Shown here piece after piece: positions 51,307 through 59,411 of a stretch of 64,000 nucleotides of DNA. How positions within the stretch are numbered: the stretch's first letter is position 1; every line of letters begins with the position of its first letter. The notes beneath the pieces are model-generated. The model saw only the letters and a list, made by a program, of their open reading frames with translations. It was not told where the DNA came from and ran no database searches. Location of the stretch: NCBI GenBank assembly GCA_030647005.1, contig JAUSKG010000022.1, forward strand, positions 18,196 to 82,195, read 5' to 3'. Made by a program: the position numbers and the translations under genes. Origin of the DNA: a bacterium. Its GTDB lineage: Bacteria > Patescibacteriota > Patescibacteriia > JACPHY01.

Positions 51307-52605
51307 TCATCCGTGTGCACGGTACGCACGATCAATCCGCTCGAGCGCGAGCGCATACGCGGCAATGCGGAGCGTGCGTGCGCCACGCGCGCGTGCAAAA
51401 ACCTCGCGCGTCTCGCGGCACAGCTTCGCGCTGAGCTTGCGGAGCACGTCGCGCTCGCTCCAGTGCTCGCCGTCCATGTTCTGCTTCCACTCGAAATACG
51501 ACGTCGCCACACCACCCGCGTTCGCGAGGACGTCTGGGATGACGGGAATGCCACGCTCCGTCAAAATCGCTTCCGCCTCCGGTGTGACGGGTCCGTTCGC
51601 GAGTTCGAGCACGACCTTCGCCTTGATCCGCCGCGCGTTCGCCGCGGTGATCGCGCCCTCGAGCGCAGCGGGGATGAGCACGTCGCACTCCTGCTCCAGG
51701 ATACTCGCATTCGTGACGACCTTCCCACCGCTCACCGCCGCGCAGTCCACCACGCTCCCACGTTCTCGCTTGCACGCCATGACGACCGCAGCACTCATCT
51801 CCTGGGCTTGCAGCTGTCGGCTTGCAGCTGTCGGCTTCCTCACAATGCCTCCCCGCGAATCCGAGAGTCCGACGACACGCATCCCCGCATCTTCCGCGCT
51901 CCGTGCAGCCCAGTACCCCACGTTGCCAAAACCCTGGACGACCACGGACGGGGACGCACCAACCCCCCACCGTCGCCCGCGCTGCCGAAGCGCCTCGCGC
52001 AGCACGACAATGCCACCGTACCCCGTCGCCTGTTCCCGCCCCGCGCTGCCGCCCATCGCTATCGGCTTGCCCGTGAACGTCGCGCGCCATTCCTTCGCGC
52101 TTGCGGCTTGCAGCTGTCGGCTTGTGACTCTTCGCCATTCATCCACCATCCACCCCATGATCGTCGCGTTCGTGTGCACGTCCGGCGCCGGAACATCCGT
52201 GCGCGGGCCGATGACCGGACCGAGCGCGCGCACGAACCCGCGGCTCAGCCGCTCGAGCTCGCCGCTCGACAGCAACGTGGAATCCACCGTCACGCCGCCC
52301 TTCCCACCGCCGAACGGGATGTTCACGACCGCGCACTTCATCGTCATCCAGAACGCGAGCGCGCGCACCTCGTCCATGTCCACGTTCGGGTGAAACCGTA
52401 TCCCACCCTTGTACGGCCCACGGAGCGACGAGTGCTGGACGCGGTACCCACGGAATAGACGCGTCGTCCCGTCATCCATCCGCACCGAAAACTGTACGTC
52501 AATCGTGCGCTCCGGCTCACGCAACCTTCCGAGGACATCCTCGCGCACCCGCACAACTGCGGCGGCCTGATCCAACTGCGCGAGTGCTGCGTGCCAGGGA
52601 GACAT
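51307..52605 (-). CDS. gdhA: NAD(P)-specific glutamate dehydrogenase
   Basis: GPYKGGIRFHP, FGGGKGGV, QGFGNVG and the Glu/Leu/Phe/Val DH fold are present. It contains two short in-frame repeat insertions. Confidence 0.9.
   Translation of the reverse strand: MSPWHAALAQLDQAAAVVRVREDVLGRLREPERTIDVQFSVRMDDGTTRLFRGYRVQHSSLRGPYKGGIRFHPNVDMDEVRALAFWMTMKCAVVNIPFGGGKGGVTVDSTLLSSGELERLSRGFVRALGPVIGPRTDVPAPDVHTNATIMGWMVDEWRRVTSRQLQAASAKEWRATFTGKPIAMGGSAGREQATGYGGIVVLREALRQRGRRWGVGASPSVVVQGFGNVGYWAARSAEDAGMRVVGLSDSRGGIVRKPTAASRQLQAQEMSAAVVMACKRERGSVVDCAAVSGGKVVTNASILEQECDVLIPAALEGAITAANARRIKAKVVLELANGPVTPEAEAILTERGIPVIPDVLANAGGVATSYFEWKQNMDGEHWSERDVLRKLSAKLCRETREVFARARGARTLRIAAYALALERIDRAYRAHG
51806..51837. 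repeat. GCTTGCAGCTGTCGG tandem repeat (x2) in-frame in gdhA
   Basis: gcttgcagctgtcggcttgcagctgtcggctt. It encodes …KPTAASRQLQA… on the gdhA strand. Confidence 0.55.
52098..52128. repeat. GCTTGC(G/A)GCTTGCAGCTGTCGGCTTG repeat in-frame in gdhA
   Basis: gcgcttgcggcttgcagctgtcggcttgtgac. It encodes …TSRQLQAASAKE…, about 9 aa more than E. coli GDH has between the conserved flanks. Confidence 0.55.
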
Positions 52606-52647
52606 AGAATGCTATTCTACCACGCATCCACATGCGCACTATGCACA

Positions 52648-52676
52648 TTGACCGTCGCTACGCCCGCACCTATACT
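52648..52676 (+). promoter_or_regulatory. sigma70-like promoter TTGACC-N17-TATACT for a leaderless small gene
   Basis: cattgaccgtcgctacgcccgcacctatactccagagacATG. The -10 hexamer ends 8 nt before the ATG at 52685, which implies a leaderless or near-leaderless mRNA. Confidence 0.55.
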
Positions 52677-52684
52677 CCAGAGAC

Positions 52685-53080
52685 ATGGAGGAACCCATCA
52701 CCAAATCATACTTCGACGAAAAGTTCGACGGCTTCACCCGAGCGGTGGACGAAAAGATCGGCGGCCTCGCTCGAACGATGGACGAAAAGATCGGCGGTCT
52801 TGCTCGAGCGATGGACGAACAGATCGGCGGCCTCGCCCGAGCGGTGAAGGAGGGATTTGATCGTGTTGATGAGCGATTTGATGCAGTGGATGAGCGATTC
52901 AACACGATAGAGGGTGACATCGCCGACCTCAAATACCGCATGCGTCTCATGGAGGGCGAAATCCAAGCACTGAGCGCGAACATGGTGACGAAGCAGTACC
53001 TCGATGCAAAAACGGCGCGTTGGCGCCGTCCTGAGGACGTCTTCGGCCGAAGGATCTCGTACGCGTCGTGTTCCCGTTGA
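52685..53080 (+). CDS. small coiled-coil protein with three tandem 11-aa repeats (A/T)(V/M)DEKIGGLAR
   Basis: MEEPITKSYFDEKFDGFTRAVDEKIGGLARTMDEKIGGLARAMDEQIGGLARAVKEGFDRVDERFDAVDERF…. The 33-nt DNA tandem repeats lie at ~52729–52838. It is the only plus-strand gene before 61.6 kb. Confidence 0.5.
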   Translation: MEEPITKSYFDEKFDGFTRAVDEKIGGLARTMDEKIGGLARAMDEQIGGLARAVKEGFDRVDERFDAVDERFNTIEGDIADLKYRMRLMEGEIQALSANMVTKQYLDAKTARWRRPEDVFGRRISYASCSR

Positions 53081-53225
53081 TGCGAACATCCTCTCACCGG
53101 AGACCCGGGCGAAACTCGAACAGCTCATCCCCGCAATCACCCTCAACGGGTGACCCGTCAACGCTCCGCACAAAGGAAAAGGCCCTGGACGCATATCGCG
53201 TCCAGGGCCTCGTGGTGCCACGCAC

Positions 53226-55898
53226 TCAGTTCTTCTGTCCCTCCGTTGCATCAACGATCGCTGCGATCTCCTGGAGCTCGCGCAGATTAACGACAGATGG
53301 GAGTGTCTCCGGTTGGAGCACTGCCCGTGCATCGGCGATGATCCGCTCGATGTCATCCGGCAGCGACCGACGGGAGTTCGCGGCGGCGACGGCGGCGAGC
53401 GTCATCTTGGCATCCTGCAGGCGATCCGCGGATGGCACCGCATCGGCAATCGCGTCGGCGAGCGACTGCGTGGTGATGGTCCCGCCACCAAACTGGTAGG
53501 CGCGACGGCAGCAGTTGAGGATGCCCGCACCGGAGAACCCGCGTGCGCGGACCTGCGCCACGAACGGCGTGAAGTCCGCAACCGTGCACGGGAACTGCTC
53601 GCGCGCAACGTACACCGGGAACAACCCCGAGTACTCCGCGTCGCCCGTGATGACGACGATACGCTCGTCCGCGCGACCGTCGCGCTTCATCGCGGGGTCC
53701 ATGAGGTCTGGCCGATTCGTCGCCTTGACGAACAGCACGCAACCGCGAATGCGCTCGTCCGCCTCGAACTCCATGAGCCGCTGACGGATGCGATTGGAGA
53801 CACCGGTGTCGCCCTGTGGCATATCGCGGCCGCTGTCCTCCTGGTCCGTCTCATCGCGGAAGACGATGCACGGTGCGAGGTCGAGGAGTGCCTGGCAGAC
53901 CTCCTCGACGCGCTGCTCGGAGTTCCCCACGAACATGCTCCGCAGGTTTCGGAACTTCACGAGGAGCATGTCGCACTCCCGCGCGAACGCCTCCGCGATC
54001 GCGGTCTTGCCCGTTCCCGGCGGGCCCATGAGGAGCACGCCCTGGGGTACGGCCTTCACGTCTCCGCTGCGCATCGCGTCTCGCGCAGCAATGAGCACGC
54101 GCTTGACGTGACCGAGGCCGGCGAGGCCGGCAAAGCCGTAGCGGGGCTCCACGATGGTGAGGAGATGCCCGTACGCACGGTGGAGAAGCGCGACGCGCCG
54201 TTCGGCAATCGTTGCCGCGTCGAGCGTTGGATCGCGGAGCAACGCGGCGATGTCGCGGTAGCTCATGCCCTGGGTGTGTCGCACGAAGGCGGAGATGCCC
54301 ATCTTCGGCGTGGAGAGCTGACCGCCGCTCTCTGCCGCCGCGAGCGCGGCATTCGCCTGCTCGTGTGTTGCGCGAGCAGCACGGATCTCCGGAGTATCCG
54401 GATGCTCCGCGCGCGCGGCGAGCGGCGCGATCTGCTGTGCGATGCGGTCGCGCTCACGCTCCCAACGGACGAGTGCATGGCCGTGCGCATGCTGCACGGC
54501 ATCCGTTGCCTTTCGGTACGCCTCCTGTGCCTTGCGCACTGCGCGGGGAACAACGTCTGCCTCGTCTGTGCACGCGCTGCGCTGCTCGGTGAGCGACCGC
54601 AGCTCATCCTCAAGCGCAAAACGTCGCTTCGGCACGCGGAGCACTGCGCGAAGTCCGTCCGGGAGCGGAAGCGGACTCGCATCGTAGAGGTCCGTGCTGA
54701 CGATGAAACCGTTCTGGTGCGTGTACAGCATCGCCGACAGCTCCGATGCCCCGCCGGGGAGCGTGAAACGATACACGCCACTGCGCTCGCGCTGCGCCAC
54801 GACGAACGTGTACACATGGAAGACCCCGCTCGCCTCTACGAACTCCACACGCACGCCATCACCCACACCGAGCTGCTTCCAAACCGTCGCGCTCATCGGT
54901 ACGCACGCGATGTCCGGAGCGGTGAGCGTGCGCTCGATCGTTGCGATTGCTGCGTCGAGTGTATGACGTCGCTGGTGCGCAACCGCGTTTTGCTTCCGCT
55001 CCGCCTCGTCGCGCTCCAATGTGGCGCGCTCACGCGCAGTCACGGCTTTCCGGTACGTCCGATCGTCGGCGAGGGTCCTCTCGCGCACTGCGTCGTGCGC
55101 GCGCCGCGCATCGTACAGCGGATCGAGCGTGACAAACACACGCTCGCGCTCCGCCTCCTCAAGCGCTGCGAGCGCCTCCGCAGCGGTATGCACCGCCGTG
55201 CGGAGATCAACCACACCTCCGCAGCACCGCCGAACGAACGCACAACGCTCCTCTTCCGTGGGTCTGCCGATGGCGATGGTCGTCAGCGGCCCATCCGGCC
55301 TGCGGAGAAGCTCATCCACGGATGCGGCAGTTGGCGCAGCGCACGCGATGAGGTGCCCGGCGCGCCGAAACCGATCCATGGACAACAGCTGGAGGAGCGC
55401 GAGTGCGGCGGCGCGACGCTCCGGCAGCGCGGCAGCGCCGGACTCGGCCGGCAGCACCACGTCAAGCGCGGGGAGGAGCGCGATGCACCGCTTTGGCGCG
55501 TCACTGCGTGCGGCGGATACGAAGACATCGCGCATGGCTAAGGTCGCGGAGAGCGGGCTGCGCGGGAGCGCGGCCGCATCGGCCGCGACGCGCTCCGCCG
55601 CTGCAGTCGCATCATTGGCTGGCGACGCACCGCCACCGCTCGCATCGAGCAGTGCCCGAAAACGCTCCTCATGGACATCGTGCGGGAATGTGAACCCGCG
55701 CGCCGCATCGTACACCCAGCAGAGCACGCTATCGTCATCCGCAGTGAGATGCGCGAAGAGCACTTCCTCGAACGCCGCGAGCGCGTCCACCGGCTGGTCT
55801 CCTGCATGGATGGGAAATCCATCCCCAATCCCGCCCGTGAACAGAAACGCGTGCACGCCACGCTGACGCGCTTCGTCCAACGCCTGAAGCCAGTGCAT
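53226..55898 (-). CDS. AAA+ ATPase with large N-terminal domain of unknown function
   Basis: GVLLMGPPGTGKTA (Walker A), CIVFRDETD (Walker B) and a classic AAA second region of homology. The ~550-aa N-terminal region is unassigned. Confidence 0.7.
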   Translation of the reverse strand: MHWLQALDEARQRGVHAFLFTGGIGDGFPIHAGDQPVDALAAFEEVLFAHLTADDDSVLCWVYDAARGFTFPHDVHEERFRALLDASGGGASPANDATAAAERVAADAAALPRSPLSATLAMRDVFVSAARSDAPKRCIALLPALDVVLPAESGAAALPERRAAALALLQLLSMDRFRRAGHLIACAAPTAASVDELLRRPDGPLTTIAIGRPTEEERCAFVRRCCGGVVDLRTAVHTAAEALAALEEAERERVFVTLDPLYDARRAHDAVRERTLADDRTYRKAVTARERATLERDEAERKQNAVAHQRRHTLDAAIATIERTLTAPDIACVPMSATVWKQLGVGDGVRVEFVEASGVFHVYTFVVAQRERSGVYRFTLPGGASELSAMLYTHQNGFIVSTDLYDASPLPLPDGLRAVLRVPKRRFALEDELRSLTEQRSACTDEADVVPRAVRKAQEAYRKATDAVQHAHGHALVRWERERDRIAQQIAPLAARAEHPDTPEIRAARATHEQANAALAAAESGGQLSTPKMGISAFVRHTQGMSYRDIAALLRDPTLDAATIAERRVALLHRAYGHLLTIVEPRYGFAGLAGLGHVKRVLIAARDAMRSGDVKAVPQGVLLMGPPGTGKTAIAEAFARECDMLLVKFRNLRSMFVGNSEQRVEEVCQALLDLAPCIVFRDETDQEDSGRDMPQGDTGVSNRIRQRLMEFEADERIRGCVLFVKATNRPDLMDPAMKRDGRADERIVVITGDAEYSGLFPVYVAREQFPCTVADFTPFVAQVRARGFSGAGILNCCRRAYQFGGGTITTQSLADAIADAVPSADRLQDAKMTLAAVAAANSRRSLPDDIERIIADARAVLQPETLPSVVNLRELQEIAAIVDATEGQKN

Positions 55899-56047
55899 GG
55901 CTCCTCCTCTCGTGAGTTGTCCAAAGAATCGTCGGGACATCCCGACGCTGCACCATAGCACTGGAGCGCGTAGCTGTCAAACAAACACACAAGAGAATCC
56001 CCCACCCTTCTGAAAGGATGGGGGATCAAAGTATCAAAGTACAAATC

Positions 56048-56812
56048 TCATGGTTTGACTGGGTCCGAGGCGCGCGAACCCCAGCCAACGGAGGAGGAAC
56101 CGAGATCGGCAGCATCCCACCCGCGCACGCACACGCGACCGGCGGCCCCGTCCGCGCGGAGAGCACCAGAGGCACGAGGGCCGAAGCGGGTGCGGAGCAA
56201 ACACCAGGTGGGAACATCGAACATGCGGTTGTGCTCGTGGCGGGTCGCGTGCCAGGAGAGGGTGTACTCCTCGAGGGAGGGCATACGGAATCCGGGCAGG
56301 GCGGTGAGGTCGTTCCAGGAGGTGCCGGTGCGTGGGCATGCGTCAGGGGTTTCCACCCATGACCAGCGGGGGAAGGCGACATCCTCCCATACGATCTGCG
56401 CGCGGTTGGGGTCTCCATCTTTTGCCGTCCAGTGATCGCGCTGCCCCACGGCTGCCATGAAGCGGTCGTAGGCGAGGGAGGGACTCGCCTTGCTCGTGTA
56501 CAGGGAGCTCGGTGTCTGGAGGATGAGCGTTTGCGGGGCGCGGTGCCTCGCGGGGTGCTCATCCGTGCAGAACGTGCCTGCGGTGCGTTGCTCGTACTCC
56601 TCGTCCGTGATGTTCGGGGGGAGAAGGTCTGCGAGCGCGCTCGCTGGCAGGAGGGCGAGGACTGGCGTTAGGTACTGCACCCACCAGTCCCTGCGGGCTT
56701 GTGCCATGGGACCGGCGCGGAGGCCGCGCATGTGCGCGACGGCGCGCGCGATCTCGCGGGCGATGGCCGGGTGCTTCGGATCGGTGTTGATCACCTGCTT
56801 CTGCGGGGGCAT
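56048..56812 (-). CDS. hypothetical protein
   Basis: Starts MPPQKQVINTDPKHPAIAREIARA and is preceded by AGGAGC. No family recognised. Confidence 0.4.
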   Translation of the reverse strand: MPPQKQVINTDPKHPAIAREIARAVAHMRGLRAGPMAQARRDWWVQYLTPVLALLPASALADLLPPNITDEEYEQRTAGTFCTDEHPARHRAPQTLILQTPSSLYTSKASPSLAYDRFMAAVGQRDHWTAKDGDPNRAQIVWEDVAFPRWSWVETPDACPRTGTSWNDLTALPGFRMPSLEEYTLSWHATRHEHNRMFDVPTWCLLRTRFGPRASGALRADGAAGRVCVRGWDAADLGSSSVGWGSRASDPVKP

Positions 56813-56922
56813 GGGGGAGCTCCTTTCGTGGGGGGTTGGTTGGTGAAGGAACAATGAGGCATCGGCCTCCCCGCCGCCTCGGAGCCGAAAGATGGCGCGC
56901 GGGAAGAGCGCGCCGCGGGGAA

Positions 56923-57540
56923 CTACAGCGTTGCGTCTGCAAGATCGAGCACCACACGAACGAGCTCGTAGTCCGTCACACCAGTAACGAGAGTACCGTC
57001 GGGTGCCACTACCACTTCGACTTCCGTGTGCAGGAACTCGTCCAGTGTGTGGCGGCCGGTGAGCAGATGCATGCGCTGGTTGCTCGAGCCACGGAGCGGA
57101 TCGCCTGCTGCGAGACGTTGGACGAACCGTCCGTCAATGAGCACGTCGAGTTGCTCCAGAAGTGCTTGGGCGCCAACTGGTGCATGCTCGCTGCGAAGCT
57201 CACGGAGTGTATAGCCCGACCACGCGAGCGTGGAGAGACCTCGCACTCGCGCATGGCGCGCGATCTCGACGAGTGCTGGTGCCTGCGCGAACGGATCACC
57301 ACCGGAGAAGGACACGCCGTCAATGCCGTGCTCTGCCTTCGCACGATCAATCCACGCACTGACCTGCGCGACGGTGTGCTGTTCCGACCCACGCCCGTCA
57401 CGCGCGAACGCTTGGAGCTCCGGCGTGGCGCACCCGCGACATCGAAACGGACAACCGCGCATCCAGAGGCACGCGCGCAACCCGGGCCCCATGGCGCGGG
57501 TTGCCTCTTGGAAGCGACCGACGGAGCAGAACGCACTCAT
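56923..57540 (-). CDS. small radical-SAM activating-enzyme-like protein (NrdG/QueE-like 4Fe-4S, CxxxCxxC)
   Basis: GLRACLWMRGCPFRCRGCATPE cluster motif; SFSGGDPF glycine-rich SAM-binding motif. About 205 aa. Confidence 0.6.
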   Translation of the reverse strand: MSAFCSVGRFQEATRAMGPGLRACLWMRGCPFRCRGCATPELQAFARDGRGSEQHTVAQVSAWIDRAKAEHGIDGVSFSGGDPFAQAPALVEIARHARVRGLSTLAWSGYTLRELRSEHAPVGAQALLEQLDVLIDGRFVQRLAAGDPLRGSSNQRMHLLTGRHTLDEFLHTEVEVVVAPDGTLVTGVTDYELVRVVLDLADATL

Positions 57541-57755
57541 GTGCCACCTCCGATCTTCACGCCGTGTCGCACACCGTTCGGCACCGCCGGCGGGTCCTCC
57601 ACGCGCTCGTCCGTGAGGCGAACGCCGCCGATCTCGAGTATCGCGCGGAGCAACGCTGCGGCATCATCGCACTCGGTGCTCCCATCCGGCATGTTGATGT
57701 CCACGCGCGTCGTTCCGTCGGGAAGCAATGTGACACGGATGACTTCGTCGCTCAT
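57537..57755 (-). CDS. small hypothetical protein (72 aa) ending VKIGGGT
   Basis: Start MSDEV, preceded by GGGAGGTGG. ATGA overlaps at both ends. Confidence 0.4.
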   Translation of the reverse strand: MSDEVIRVTLLPDGTTRVDINMPDGSTECDDAAALLRAILEIGGVRLTDERVEDPPAVPNGVRHGVKIGGGT

Positions 57756-58279
57756 ACGCCACCTCCCACCTTGACGGTGAAGCGCACCGAGCCGTCCGAT
57801 GCCTGCTCCTCCGTACTCGTTCCACGGAGGTATGCGCCGAGGATGCGCATCGCGCGCCGCACGAACGCGACGCGGTACGCCTCGCGCAGGCGATCTTCCA
57901 TCTCCGTGAGATCGCCCGCATGGTCTTTCGGAGCAACACCGTGGAGTTGCATCGTGCCGTTCTCCCGCTGCACGATGCCGAGCTGACGATCGCCGGAGAG
58001 CGTGAGGACACCGATGACATCGCCGACCGGCGGATGCCACTCCCCGCTCCAAAAGTCATGCGGACGCGAGAAGGTGGCGGCAGTCGCGCACCTGAGCTCC
58101 TCGGCGAGCTGATGCACGGCTTCTGCGGCTGCCTCACGCACAATATCGTTCCATGCAACGCGGTGCAGCAAACGGCCGACTGCCGGACGCTGTGCCGCGT
58201 ACTTCGCGATGATCTCCTGCAGTGAAGCCGACACACCGTCGAGCACGCGCTGGCGTGCAATGAAATGCAACGACATGCT
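57752..58279 (-). CDS. hypothetical protein (175 aa) ending VKVGGGV
   Basis: Start MSLHFIARQ, preceded by GGGAGGT. Confidence 0.4.
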   Translation of the reverse strand, partial: SMSLHFIARQRVLDGVSASLQEIIAKYAAQRPAVGRLLHRVAWNDIVREAAAEAVHQLAEELRCATAATFSRPHDFWSGEWHPPVGDVIGVLTLSGDRQLGIVQRENGTMQLHGVAPKDHAGDLTEMEDRLREAYRVAFVRRAMRILGAYLRGTSTEEQASDGSVRFTVKVGGGV

Positions 58280-58396
58280 ACCTCCCTTTCCGCTCAGTTC
58301 TCCAATGAACAACCGGGGGGACCCCCAGCCCTGCACCATACACAAAAAAAACGGGTGTGTCAAATAGCACTCGCCACCATCATACCGTGATGCTGC

Positions 58397-59404
58397 CTAC
58401 CGTTTCTCCGACGTGTCCCAGTCAATCATCACGGCCGGTTTGCCCGCGTGCGTCTGGAGGTACTTGAACACCTGGAACGCGGCTTTCACGCCCTCACCCA
58501 CCGATACCGCGGCTTGCTTGTACGCAATGTCGCAGAGGTCGCCGGCTGCGAACACACCGGGCGTGCTCGTCTCGCAATCGCGCGTGATGACTACCTCGCG
58601 CTTCGTGTTCAAGGTGACGATGTCCGAGAGCCACGTCGTGTGCGCGCGGAAACCGATCTGCACGAAGACGGAGTCCACGTCGAGCACGCGGAGGTCGCCC
58701 GCAACCGGCTCGCCGGTCTTTGGATCGGTCGGAGCGAGCATGACTTGCGCGACACGCCCATCGCCGCGCACCTCGACCACCTTCCGCGCGGTGAGCTGCT
58801 CAACGCCCGTCATCTCAGCGAGCCGATCGAGGAGCGGCCGCTCCGCGCTGAACGCCGCGCGACGATGGATGAGGTACACCTTCGCCGCACGCGGTGCGAG
58901 CGCGAGCGCGGCGGTGACCGCCGAGCTCCCGCCACCGACCACCGCAACGACCTTGCCGTCCTGCGTGGGCGCGTCATCAACCGCCGAGTAGTACACGCCC
59001 TTGCCGACGAATTCCTGCTCACCGTCTGCACCGAGGTCATTCGGCGTGAGCCCGAACGCGAGAATGATGGCTTTCGTCTCGAGCGGTGCACCTTGGCGGA
59101 GCGACACGACGAACCCCGCGGTACTCCGCTGGATCCCTGTCACCTCGCCGAGGAGCACCCGTGCGCCGTCGCGCTTCGCCTGCATGAGCATCCGATCGAC
59201 AAGCGCACGACCGCCAATGCGATCAACACCCGGGTAGTTCTCAATCCACTCGGTGAGTGCGAGCTGTCCGCCGATGTCCTTCGAGATGATCTGCGTCGTG
59301 AGACCGCGCCGCGCCGCGAACATCGCCGCCGCGAGGCCGGCCGGACCAGCACCGACGACCACGACATCGAGATGCTCCTGCATTTTGCGTTTTACGTTCG
59401 TCAT
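58397..59404 (-). CDS. thioredoxin-reductase-like FAD/NAD(P) flavoprotein lacking the CxxC redox motif (YumC/FNR-like)
   Basis: VVVVGAGPAGLAAA and VAVVGGGSSA dinucleotide motifs. YYSAVDDA stands at the position of the TrxB CAVC active site. Confidence 0.7.
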   Translation of the reverse strand: MTNVKRKMQEHLDVVVVGAGPAGLAAAMFAARRGLTTQIISKDIGGQLALTEWIENYPGVDRIGGRALVDRMLMQAKRDGARVLLGEVTGIQRSTAGFVVSLRQGAPLETKAIILAFGLTPNDLGADGEQEFVGKGVYYSAVDDAPTQDGKVVAVVGGGSSAVTAALALAPRAAKVYLIHRRAAFSAERPLLDRLAEMTGVEQLTARKVVEVRGDGRVAQVMLAPTDPKTGEPVAGDLRVLDVDSVFVQIGFRAHTTWLSDIVTLNTKREVVITRDCETSTPGVFAAGDLCDIAYKQAAVSVGEGVKAAFQVFKYLQTHAGKPAVMIDWDTSEKR

Positions 59405-59411
59405 TCTGCGT

